The position numbers and the translations under genes are program-made. Shown one piece after another: positions 1 to 12,089 of a DNA stretch of 64,000 nt; position 1 is the stretch's first letter, and every line of letters begins with the position of its first letter. The DNA is from Nemertoderma westbladi (taxonomy: Eukaryota; Animalia; Xenacoelomorpha): assembly GCA_032718475.1 (NCBI GenBank), contig JAUCBJ010004497.1:1-64000 (forward strand), read 5' to 3'. The notes beneath the pieces are model-generated. The model was not told the origin of the DNA. It saw only the letters and a program-made list of their open reading frames with translations, and made no database searches.

Positions 1-207
1 GGCAAGCCGATCTATGCTGACACAGGGATGGGTAATCGGTAGGTCCGTGGCAAGCCGATCTATGCTGACACAGGGATGGGTAATCGGTAGGTCCGTGGCA
101 AGCCGATCTATGCTGACACAGGGATGGGTAATCGGTAGGTCCGTGGCAAGCCGATCTATGCTGACACAGGGATGGGTAATCGGTAGGTCCGTGGCAAGCC
201 GATCTAT
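1..207. repeat. 48-bp perfect tandem repeat (~4.3 copies, runs off the window start)
   Basis: Unit GGCAAGCCGATCTATGCTGACACAGGGATGGGTAATCGGTAGGTCCGT repeated identically, no spacers. Confidence 0.95.
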
Positions 208-1193
208 CAGGTAACTACTACCTCATCAATATACGACAGCTGAAAGTCCAGATAAAAACAAAATGTGTGTAAAATAATGTATGATTCGACAGTAAAATAA
301 AGTTATAGAAGCCAGTCATAAACAATTCAGCATACTCACGTACTTTAGGACACCTGATGCTTTGCATGGCTGCAATTTACATCCTTGTGTAGTCACTACC
401 ACTTTGCATCCACTCCATTCTCAAACCTCATTGACAGTGTACTTCCTTTATTTCAAAATTTTTTCGTGATTATTATGCGTCGCCTCGCTATGCCATGTAG
501 AGCGAATACGTGTTGTACAATATAATAATATGAACACCATAGTTATAATTACCTTGTGAATATATATTTTCAATGTTTTCTCCAACTATCTGTTGTTTTA
601 ATAACTAAAGGCCTAACGACATGTATTTGTGACAACAAATTAACGCCCAACAGACTGAAACTAATAATAATAATATGACTACTATCCATTAACTCACTGT
701 TCCATACGTTATACTTTAATCACCACACATATTGTATATATTAGCATTACTACAGATAATGCAGTTTTTACAACTCACATAATTGTTACAGGTTTGTTTT
801 ATGCCATTATTAAGTATAGCGTTAATAATGTGGTTCGGTGCCTATAAATATCACCGCTCCTCCTATATTGAGATAGGAGGAACAGGAATTAAATAATAAT
901 GATGATTAAATCGAATCCTTGCTAACTAGGCCTATTTTACTTTCAATTCTAAATTGCTAACCTAAAAATCTAACGTAACCTAAGAATAACACAATAATAT
1001 GTTGCGTATATTTTTTCCACCTCTTGATTCGTTTTATGAACCTCCTAATCAGGCAATGACTGATTATATAATCTTAAAGACACAGTATAATTATTCTATT
1101 TGGATTTTGGAATTGCACTAATTTGTTAAAATTCATATCTATATCTATAATTGGCCTGCTGTATTGAAGCTGCACATTGAGATGCTGGCTTAT

Positions 1194-2633
1194 CCCTATT
1201 AGTACCGGGCTATAAAATGTTCTACAAATACCGGGGAGGGGGGGGGGGGGGTCATATTGACCACCCCACCTCCCTCTAAAATCTAAAAATTTCAACGAAA
1301 ACGTACATTTCACTAGTCTGAATCCGACCGAAAAAAATTTTCAAAAAGATGTACTGGGGTGGTTACATTGCAGCACTAAAATTACAAGCAGTAAACAATT
1401 TTCATTAAATTTGAAAGGTACAATTTTCGGCTAATTGTTTTTTAATACAGGTTTTCTGGGGCGCAAAATCTGTTGGAAAATATTTAAAATTGATCTAATT
1501 ACTATAAATGGTTGTTTTAGACCTCTACGTAGGCAAAAAAAAATGAAAAAAAAAAGTAACCAGCACTTTTCGGTTTGAACACAAGATTTTTAATTCACTT
1601 ATACGATGCCATAAATTCACATTTATAGGTTTTCAGGGACGCTGATTCTAATGGAACTAATTTGCCAGATAATTGCTACACGTATTTTTCGGCGTAATAT
1701 GGCATCACCAAAAAGTACAAGTTTGTGATTTATTGATCAAATTGCTTATTTTAAAATATTTGGTGCTGTCACAACAATTTTCACCCACCGGCGAAAAATA
1801 CAAGTTTGAAAAAACTGTTATGCAATTTTTACTTATTCCATTGAATTCTGAACACTCACAAACCCGTATAACGCAAGAGACAGGGTGAAACAATCAATTG
1901 ATATACCGGTATTTGATGGTTTTCAAAATTTAGTGCTAACACCAAATTATGCACCCACTTCCAAATAATACAAGTTTGAGGTGTCTAGTTAGATAATTAT
2001 TTATTCCATTGAATTCAGAACCGCAATAAACTTCTGAAACGCGGGAAATAAGTTGTCACAAGCAATTAAACTATTGAATAGATTTTCAAAATTTCGTGCT
2101 GGCACCAAATTTTGCACACAGCACCGAAAAAATACAAGTTTGATATGCCTGGCGCAACTTGTATTATATATTCCATCGAATCCAGAACCCCAAATAACCC
2201 CTATTATGCAAAAAGCAGGTTCAAACAATCAATTTGCAAAATTGACATATTTCAAAATTTGGTGCTGGCACCAAAATTTGGCACCCGCCGAAAAAAACAA
2301 ATTGGAAATTTCTAAATTTATTTATATGAAATCCATCTAATTACAATCACCAAAAAACAGGTGTAAATCAAAAATAGAGATGCAAATCATATTTAATGAA
2401 ATGAAATTTTTAAAAAACGTCTCAAAAAAAGTGCCAAAAGTAGTGTTAAAATATGGTGCCATAACTCGAAAACCTCTCAATATTTTTGAAAACGGTTTTC
2501 ACTATTAGGCAGATAATAGATTTTTAGGAAAAGTCATACAATACAATTTCATATTCCCAACTGCGTTTGTTTCAGAGTTATAACAAAAAAACCACGAAAG
2601 GGTCATATTGACACCCCCCAAGGTTTAATAGAG
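1194..2633. mobile_element. Degenerate non-autonomous DNA transposon (piggyBac-like MITE)
   Basis: Ends ttat|CCCTATTA and TAATAGAG|ttaa form an imperfect inverted pair with TTAA-like flanks; subterminal GGTCATATTGAC motif near both ends (~1250, ~2600); internal degenerate repeats; no coding capacity. Confidence 0.5.
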
Positions 2634-3308
2634 TTAACAAAAATATTTTGCCACCATCATGCAATCCACAATTGGCAAGCCCAATGCAGCGTGAATTTAG
2701 AATGCTATGACGGCTTATCAACAAAATTGCGCCGCAACAACTCCCTATCCACCATGGTTTTCGCGAGATTATCTGCATCTTCAAAGCAAGTGTATGTTAA
2801 AGATGTGTCTCAAGAAAGTCATGGGCTGTCCACCATGCTTATTTTCTCCAAAGCACTAGATTGTTCACTGGCTGGACCTCACGGCGAAAACATTGATTTA
2901 TGTTTTATTATGTAGCACTTTTTGTGATATTGATTGACAAATTAACTACAATAATGTAAAGTATTTGATTAGTAGATCCTTCTCACAAAACAACAACTTT
3001 GACGTGTTTTGTTGATCAAAGTTGATGGCCCTTTTTGTTACCAAACTACCAAAACTATCATATTACCTGATGGACAAAACAGCAGATACATCAAATTCTC
3101 CTCCATTCATTCATTATTCCATAAAGCTAATAAGCAATTACTAGTGTAGATCATATTTCAAGCAAAATATTCGTATAGGATATGCCACTTGCAAGCAACC
3201 AGCTATTCGAATATATTATTCATTTAGCTCTCTCGTGTTGAGTTGATTTCAAGACTGTTATTATTGAAATTTATACCAATGAAGGCATTTTTCGAGCAGA
3301 TTATTCAT

Positions 3309-4925
3309 TTAATAATAATAATAATTGTTTATTCCAGGACCCCCAAGTTTCCCTGGTGTCCCATAACGTACATGGCCTATAGTTCTAGTACAAACAAAAA
3401 GTAGAGTAAAGTAATGTAGTAAGGAAACACAATTGTATGTACACGTAATAAATTAATAAGACCATTATTCAACCCAATTTCTTAAAACAGACATCCCCAT
3501 GATTCTACTATGGCAGCAAGTGGTCATAATAGTTGCCTGTACGAGGCTATTCGGGCAACTATAGGCACGGCCTAAAAAAGACGTTATAGACCCCGATCTA
3601 ATATGAATAAACTTTGGTAACCCCAGGCTACCAAACATATACGAAGCACTGCACCCCCATGGAAATTTGAATAACCTCCTTGCTGTATTATTATACGCTA
3701 CCCTAAACTTATTATGCACCATACTAGAATAATTTGACCTGGCCCACAGATAATTACAGTATACCTGGGTACAAAAACTACGAAATAATTTAATTTTTAC
3801 CGTAACTGAGCACCCCCCGAATTTCCTAATTATAATATTCGCACGCCTATAAAAACTACGAAGTTGATTGTAAATATCAAAATCATCATCGGTAGAGCTA
3901 CACAGGATGTGCCCTAAGTACTTTACCTCTGACACTACTTCAATATTAAGACCATTAATTGTAACCTGACCGACATCTGTATTCTTCGCACATTTTGGAA
4001 AATAAAATAAGCACCTGGTTTTCTTACAATTTACTTTTATACAATGCTCTAATGCGTACGATTCAAAAATATGAAGTAACTTTTGTAACCCATTAATCGA
4101 ATTCGAACATATCGCTAAGTCATCCGCGTACATTAAATTATTAATACGGACCCCTGACATTTGACACCCTATCCCCGAATTAGAAAGTTCCTTACTTAGG
4201 TCATCTATATACACACTATACAGGTACGGCGATAATATCCCACCCTGTTTCGTACCATTTGAAACCTGAAAACTCTCTGATATGCACTCCCCCCATTTTA
4301 CAAAAAGAACCTGTGATCTATACCACATACATAATACCCTAATATAAAATAACGGAACACCCCTATTTATCAGTTTCCGAAATAACGTGTAGTGATTAAC
4401 TAAATCGTAGGCTTTCGAACTGTCAATAAAACAAACATACACAGCACTATCATTATCCAGGTAATACTGTACCATTTCTTTAAGTGTAAAAATACACAAA
4501 TCAGTCCCTGAGCCTTTCTTAAAACCAAATTGTGAATCCGATGTAAATAACTTATCACAGAAACGTTCTAAGTAAACCAATTCTAATACTTTGCTATATA
4601 CCGTAGAAATAGCGATACCCCTATAATTATCGACGCTGGTTATGTCATCGTTCTTGTCCTTTACAAGGGGAATCATGTTACTAACTAATACACCAGGCGG
4701 AATATATCCATGCACATTAATCATCGTAAATAGATTGGCTAAGTGAACTTTTAAATTATAAGGACTATGTAAATAATGCTCACTTGATAAGTTATCAGGA
4801 CCAGTCGCTTTACCCTTAACTAACTTATCTGCAGCAAAACCAATTTCTATAGGTTTCACAATCATTTCTGCACTAAATTTAATATCTGAAAAAGCACCTT
4901 CTACAAACTCTTTGTGAAGAGTATT
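3309..4925 (-). mobile_element. 5'-truncated non-LTR retrotransposon (RTE-X-like LINE)
   Basis: RT ORF followed by a 3' UTR with AATAAA and an (ATT)n tail at ~3309-3325 on the minus strand. Confidence 0.85.
3465..4865 (-). CDS. LINE reverse transcriptase (ORF2 C-terminal part, endonuclease missing)
   Basis: Motifs KATGPD, NYRGIA, QFGFKKG, FIDSSKAYD, QGGILSP, YADD, KYLG. Confidence 0.93.
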   Translation of the reverse strand: MIVKPIEIGFAADKLVKGKATGPDNLSSEHYLHSPYNLKVHLANLFTMINVHGYIPPGVLVSNMIPLVKDKNDDITSVDNYRGIAISTVYSKVLELVYLERFCDKLFTSDSQFGFKKGSGTDLCIFTLKEMVQYYLDNDSAVYVCFIDSSKAYDLVNHYTLFRKLINRGVPLFYIRVLCMWYRSQVLFVKWGECISESFQVSNGTKQGGILSPYLYSVYIDDLSKELSNSGIGCQMSGVRINNLMYADDLAICSNSINGLQKLLHIFESYALEHCIKVNCKKTRCLFYFPKCAKNTDVGQVTINGLNIEVVSEVKYLGHILCSSTDDDFDIYNQLRSFYRRANIIIRKFGGCSVTVKIKLFRSFCTQVYCNYLWARSNYSSMVHNKFRVAYNNTARRLFKFPWGCSASYMFGSLGLPKFIHIRSGSITSFLGRAYSCPNSLVQATIMTTCCHSRIMGMSVLRNWVE

Positions 4926-5174
4926 TAAAGAGAGAGTATTTAAACTAACCTAAAACTAACCTTCTTTTTGTAATCATGATTCTGGAATTTTTCACAGTTT
5001 TTGTAAAAAAAAATTCCAGAATGCCTCAATTAATTTGCCTGACTGTGTGAATTTGAAGTCAATGAATGATTTGTTGCTTGTGATGCTAAATTTTCTAACA
5101 CGAACAAAGAGAAAGCAGCAAGTGTATTGTTCATAAACAGATTTACATATACTGGGGTTTGGTTGTATTTGGTT

Positions 5175-7806
5175 GTATTTATGTATATACAATGTATATT
5201 TATGTATATACAATGTATATTTATGTATATACAATGTATATTTATGTATATACAATGTTACAATGTATATTTATGTATATACAATGTATTTTTATGTATA
5301 TACAATGTATTTTTATGTATATACAATGTTACAATGTATATTTATGTATATACAATGTATATTTATGTATATACAATATATATTTATGTATATACAATGT
5401 ATATTTATGTATATACAATGTTACAATGTATATTTATGTATATACAATGTTACAATGTATATTTATGTATATACAATGTTACAATGTAAATTTATGTATA
5501 TACAATGTATATTGATGTATATACAATGTATATTTATGTATATACAATGTATATTTATGTATATACAATGTATATTTATGTATATACAATGTATATTTAT
5601 GTATATACAATGTATATTTATGTATATACAATGTATATTTATGTATATACAATGTTACAATGTATATTTATGTATATAAAATGTATATTTATGTATATAC
5701 AATATATATTTATGTATATACAATGTATATTTATGTATATACAATGTATATTTATGTATATACAATGTTACAATGTATATTTATGTATATACAATGTATA
5801 TTGATGTATATACAATGTATATTGATGTATATACAATGTATATTTATGTATATACAATGTTACAATGTATATTTATGTATATACAATGTATATTTATGTA
5901 TATACAATGTTACAATGTATATTTATGTATATATAATGTATATTTATGTATATACAATGTATATTTATGTATATACAATGTTACAATGTATATTTATGTA
6001 TATACAATGTATATTTATGTATATACAATGTTACAATGTATATTTATGTATATACAATGTTACAATGTATATTTATGTATATACAATGTATATTTATGTT
6101 TATACAATGTATATTTATGTATATACAATGTATATTTATGTATATACAATGTTACAATGTATATTTATGTATATACAATATATATTTATGTATATACAAT
6201 GTTAAAATGTATATTTATGTATATACAATGTATATTTATGTATATACAATGTATATTTATGTATATACAATGTTACAATGTATATTTATGTATATACAAT
6301 GTTACAATGTATATTTATGTATATACAATGTATATTTATGTATATACAATGTATATTTATGTATATACAATGTATATTTATGTATATACAATGTTACAAT
6401 GTATATTTATGTATATACAATGTATATTTATGTATATACAATGTATATTTATGTATATACAATATATATTTATGTATATACAATGTATATTTATGTATAT
6501 ACAATGTATATTTATGTATATACAATATATATTTATGTATATACAATGTATATTTATGTATATACAATGTATATTTATGTATATACAATGTATATTTATG
6601 TTTATACAATGTATATTTATGTATATACAATGTATATTTATGTATATACAATGTTACAATGTATATTTATGTATATACAATGTATATTTATGTATATACA
6701 ATGTATATTTATATATATACAATGTATATTTATGTATATACAATGTATATTTATGTATATACAATATATATTTATGTATATGCAATGTATATTTATGTAT
6801 ATACAATGTATATTTATGTATATACAATGTTACAATGTATATTTATGTATATACAATGTATATTTATGTATATACAATGTTACAATGTATATTTATGTAT
6901 ATACAATGTATATTTATGTATATACAATGTATATTTATGTATATACAATGTATATTTATGTATATACAATGTATATTTATGTATATACAATGTATATTTA
7001 TGTATATACAATGTATATTTATGTATATACAATGTATATTTATGTATATACAATGTATATTTATGTATATACAATGTTACAATGTATATTTATGTATATA
7101 CAATGTATATTTATGTATATACAATGTATATTTATGTATATACAATGTATATTTATGTATATACAATGTTACAATGTATATTTATGTATATACAATGGTA
7201 CAATGTACATTTATGTATATACAATGTTACAATGTATATTTATGTATATACAATGTATATTTATGTATATACAATGTATATTTATGTATATACAATATAT
7301 ATTTATGTATATACAATGTATATTTATGTATATACAATGTATATTTATGTATATACAATGTATATTTATGTATATACAATGTTACAATGTATATTTATGT
7401 ATATACAATGTATATTTATGTATATACAATGTATATTTATGTATATACAATGTATATTTATGTATATACAATGTATATTTATGTATATACAATGTATATT
7501 TATGTATATACAATGTATATTTATGTATATACAATGTATATTTATGTATATACAATGTATATTTATGTATCTACAATGTATATTTATGTATATACAATGT
7601 ATATTTATGTATATACAATGTATATTTATGTATATACAATGTATATTTATGTATCTACAATGTATATTTATGTATATACAATGTATATTTATGTATATAC
7701 AATGTATATTTATGTATATACAATGTATATTTATGTATATTATACAATGTATATTTATGTATATACAATGTATATTTATGTATATTTATGAATATACAAT
7801 GTATAT
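5175..7806. repeat. 21-bp AT-rich minisatellite (TATTTATGTATATACAATGTA)n with interspersed 29-bp variants (+CAATGTTA)
   Basis: About 2.6 kb of near-perfect tandem units; source of the spurious MYIQCIF/YNVYLCI ORFs. Confidence 0.98.
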
Positions 7807-8054
7807 CCATTGGAGATTCAATTCAGCACCGTTACAAGTATTGTATTCTTCGTGAATTATTATTTGAACGCATTATAATTTAGTTCTAGTAAGCATTGAT
7901 CCTATAAGTTATAGTTCATTAAATAATTGATATTTGCCTGTAATCAATGCTTAAAATATCTTAATAATTACCAATAGATAATCCTCAACAGTTTGAAAAA
8001 GACGTCTCCGGTCACAGTGCAATCATTCTTCAACCTTATAGTGATTTGATGGTA

Positions 8055-10400
8055 CGGTAGCACGAACTTAGTTCCAATCGCACTTTTTCAAAGGCGAACT
8101 TAGTTCCAATTGAAACGAATTTAGTTCCAAAATAAATTTTATAAAGCGAACTTAGTTCCAATTGAAACGAATTTAGTTCCCAAATAAATCTTACAAAGCG
8201 AACTTAGTTCCAATCGAGGCGAACTTAGTTCTATTTGAAACGAATTTAGTTCCAAAATAAATCTTACAAAGCGAACTTAGTTCCAATCGAGGCGAACTTA
8301 GTTCCAATCCCAGAATATCAAAACGAACTTAGTTCCAATGGATGCGAATTTAGTTCCAATGCATGCGAATTTAGTTCCAATGGAAGCGAATTTAGTTCCA
8401 ATGGGTACGAACTTAGTTCCAATGTTTCAATCGTGGGGATAGCCACGTAGTAGGCGAAGCCTATTGCGTATTGGCACTATTTGGGGTGGGTCAGGGTCAA
8501 CAATAATTGTAAATAATTGTAAAACCCTTCTGTCATTTATAAAAAACGAATAATTACTAATGAATTAAATGTATAATTACCCATTCTGAAATATATATTA
8601 ATCATGAGTATACTGATACTGACTGACTGAGTCTGTAGTATTGATTCCCCGTACTTAGTTCAAATTTAAGCCTCATGCGAATTTAGTTCCATTGGAAACG
8701 AATTTAGTTCCAATTTTGGCGAATTTAGTTCCAATTTAGGCGAACTTAGTTCCAATAACTAGAGAAAAACGAAAACGAATTTAGTTCCAATGCATGCGAA
8801 CTTAGTTCCAATGCATGCGAACTTAGTTCCAATGGATGCGAATTTAGTTCCAATGCGTGCGAATTTAGTTCCAATGGAAGCGAATTTAGTTCCAATGTTT
8901 CAGGTGTGAGGCGAGCCACGTAGTTGGCGAAGAATCAGTTTAATGCCACTATTAGGTGGATGGGTAAATAATAATTGTAAATAACTAACCCAAAACGCCC
9001 AACCTCCTAACCAAAACAATCTTATCTCAAACAACTCAGAACCTCTTAATTAACCCAAACAATTAAATTTAACCCAATTATATTTATTCATTTATAATGA
9101 TATTCATAGTAAAAAACAATGCCCAAGCTCTTAACCCAAACTACGCCCAACCTCCTAACCCAAATAACGCCCATCCACCTAACCCAAAGAACTGCTATTG
9201 TATTTGGTGTGAAAATGGCACAATGTGCATGACTTGAGTATATACTACTACAGACTCAGTCAGTCAGTATCAGTATACTCATGATTAATAAATATATCAT
9301 AATATGTAATTATACTTTTAATTCATTAATAATAATTAGTTTATAAAAAATGAGAAGGGTTTTATAATTATTTGCAATTATTGTTGACCCTGACCCACCT
9401 GAAATAGTGGAAATACGCAATAGGCTTCGCCTACTGCGTGGCTAGCCCCACGATTGAAACATTGGAACTAAGTTCGTATCCATTGGAACTAAATTCGCAT
9501 GCATTGGAACTAAATTCGCATGCATTGGAACTAAGTTCGCATGCATTGGAACTAAGTTCGTTTTGATAATCTGGGATTGGAACTAAGTTCGCCTCGATTG
9601 GAACTAAGTTCCCTTTATAAAATTTATTTTGGAACTAAATTCGTTTCAATTGGAACTAAGTTCGCCTTTGAAAATGTGCGATTGGAACTAAGTTCGTGCT
9701 ACCGTAGTATTATATACTCAAGTCATGCACATTGTGCCATTTTCACACCAAATACAATATTTACCAGTTGTTTCGGTTTAGGTAGATCGGCGTTGTTTGG
9801 TTTAGGAGGTTGGGCGTTGTTTGGGTTAAGAGCTTGGGTGTTTTTTGGGATAAGATTGTTTTGGTTAGGAGGTTGGGCGTTGGTTGAGCATTTTGGGTTA
9901 GTTATTTACAATTGTTATTTAACCATCCACCTAGTAGATTAAACAGATTCTTCGCCAACTACGTGGCTCGCCCCACACCTGAAACATTGGAACTAAGGTC
10001 GCATCAATTGGAACTAAATTCGCATCCATTTGAACTAAATTCGCATCCATTGGAACTAAGTTCGCATCCATTGGAACTAAATTCGCATCCATTGGAACTA
10101 AATTCGCATGCATTGGAACTAAGTTCGCATACATTGGAACTAAATTCGTTTTCGTTTTTCTCTAGTTATTGGAACTAAGTTCGCCTAAATTGGAACTAAA
10201 TTCGCATCCATTGGAACTAAATTCGCATCCATTGGAACTAAATTCGCTTATATTGGAACTAAATTCGTTTTCGTTTTTCTCTAGTTATTGGAACTAAGTT
10301 CGCCTAAATTGAAACTAAATTCGCCAAAATTGGAACTAAATTCGTTTCCATTGGAACTAAATTTGCATGAGGCTTAAATTGGAACTAAGTACGGGGAATC
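8055..10400. mobile_element. Non-autonomous DNA element with ~21-bp subterminal repeat arrays (outer copy), 7-bp TSD GATGGTA
   Basis: GATGGTA at 8048-8054 and 10401-10407; termini CGGTAGCACGAAC...GTACGGGGAATC; inverted arrays of CGAAYTTAGTTCCAAT. Confidence 0.85.
8643..9704. mobile_element. Second copy of the same element, inserted in opposite orientation into the middle of the first; 7-bp TSD TAGTATT
   Basis: TAGTATT at 8636-8642 and 9705-9711; termini GATTCCCCGTAC...GTTCGTGCTACCG are the reverse complement of the outer copy's ends. Confidence 0.85.
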
Positions 10401-12089
10401 GATGGTACCAATAGAAATCTGCCCATACAAGGAATCCAAACATGTAAAAATATTTGAATTTGGTTGGGAAACACCTGAGAAATGGGCATTCGAATGTTAC
10501 ATGTATTTGCTTCACCTGCAGGCCATTTATTCTATTTAATTAATGTAACATATTCTATTAAATATATTGTAAAAATCCATAATCTTCATACAGTAATATT
10601 TATAATATTATTATTATCTATCGTATTATAAAAAACTTCATCTTTCGCTAATAGAGATTAGTTTTCTTCATTATTATAAGAAATTCTGCCTCGTTAATCT
10701 CACCATCACCCTCAGGGTCAGCTTCATCGATCATCTCCTTGATTAGTTAAATAAGAAGGCGCGCATAAATATGGTATACCATATTCTAGAACATTTTGTT
10801 TATTCCATACGTAGCTGGGCAACAATGTAATATCTATGTAATTACTATTATGTAGCTATTCATAAATAAACAAAATGTTCTAGAATATGGTATTTTTATT
10901 TAATAGAATAAAATAGCCTCATGCAGAAGCAACACCATGCAACTTTTGACGCTCATATCTCAGCTTATTCCCCAACCAAATTCAGATTATGTTACATATT
11001 TGGAATCCTTACATGGCCAGCTTTCCATCAGTACCAATAAATCACTATAAGGTTGAAGAATATCAGGAGTGTAACTGGTGAAATATCATCGGAGACACTT
11101 TTTATAAACGCTTGTAGCTAAAGACTGAGAGCGAAAATAAAAAATTCTGGCTCACCCAGCAAGGAGGAGGGAGGTGAAACTATCTCTGTTTCAATTTCAT
11201 GCAATCTCATTAAGATTTGTAGAAAAATTAGGGGGGGGGGGGGGCAGGTACCTGAATAACGACACTATATTCTGGGACATGGTGTATACATGGAAGATAC
11301 TAATAGACAATCACAATGATAAATGTTATCGCCGTGGGGGGATTATAATGCAATGTTTAGACACTGTCAATTAGTTATATAAGTTATACTGAAGTCATAG
11401 TTCCTGCTGATTTAAAAGAAATCGAAAAGAAGATTCATTGTAAAGAAAAGCAACGACCTGTCGATTGAAACCATCGATACAGCTGAGCAGCCCACACCGG
11501 GGCAATGTTTATCCAACAAAGTTGTTACCGTGAAGAATGCCAATTATTAATAATCCGTTCTGTGGAATCCTCCACTATTACCGCCATCATTGTATATATT
11601 GTAATGATACCCGGTATTTTATTGAGTCAGGGAGGGAATCTGGACGCAAATCCCATCTCGGCGAATAAATATCTCGTCTCAATATTCAATGATCAATTAA
11701 GGGAAAGGAGCAGGTTACAGTGGCACGTTTTTCCAACTAAAACAATAAACTAAAGTCAATAGAACAGGTTACCGTTTTATTTTTGGGATTAATCAGCAGA
11801 TATTTGCATCCATGATCCTCTTTAAGGGATGGAACCACGCCTTTCTGATGTTATATAATAATATTTAAATATGTGAGAAGCTATAGAACCTGCCTTTAGG
11901 TTAGGAAGTATTAGGGTGGATATGTGCGTACGTTTATCCAATAAGTATAGCTCGAATGCACGAGTACTTTTAGTGAAAAGTTTTTGAATAGTTAATCTTG
12001 GATTGTGAGTAGAGTAATAATTGCCAAAAATTGTTGAAAGGAAAATCGACAACGGAAATTCGGTCAATCGGCTTGGAATTCTGCATTAA

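Larger units (their letters stand above)
7986..11114. mobile_element. Palindromic MITE (Tc1/mariner-like), interrupted by the element at 8055-10400
   Basis: 7986-8054 plus 10408-10500 (TTCTTCAACCTTATAGTGATTT...GGTACC...CAAGGAATCCAAA...GAATTTGGTTGGGAA) is the inverted copy of ~10965-11114; central inverted repeat 10770-10895; right end flanked by TA. Confidence 0.65.

Noticed and set aside
1-214. 66-aa repetitive ORF or CRISPR-like repeat
   Set aside because: Identical 48-bp units without spacers; the ORF is a by-product of the repeat
5127-7883. Long ORFs of 525-672 aa
   Set aside because: Translations of a 21-bp AT-rich minisatellite, open in all frames, with no domain content
11117-11286. 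Tc1/mariner-like MITE end (…TTCTGGGACATGGTGTA)
   Set aside because: Only one terminus is recognisable and no partner TIR was found
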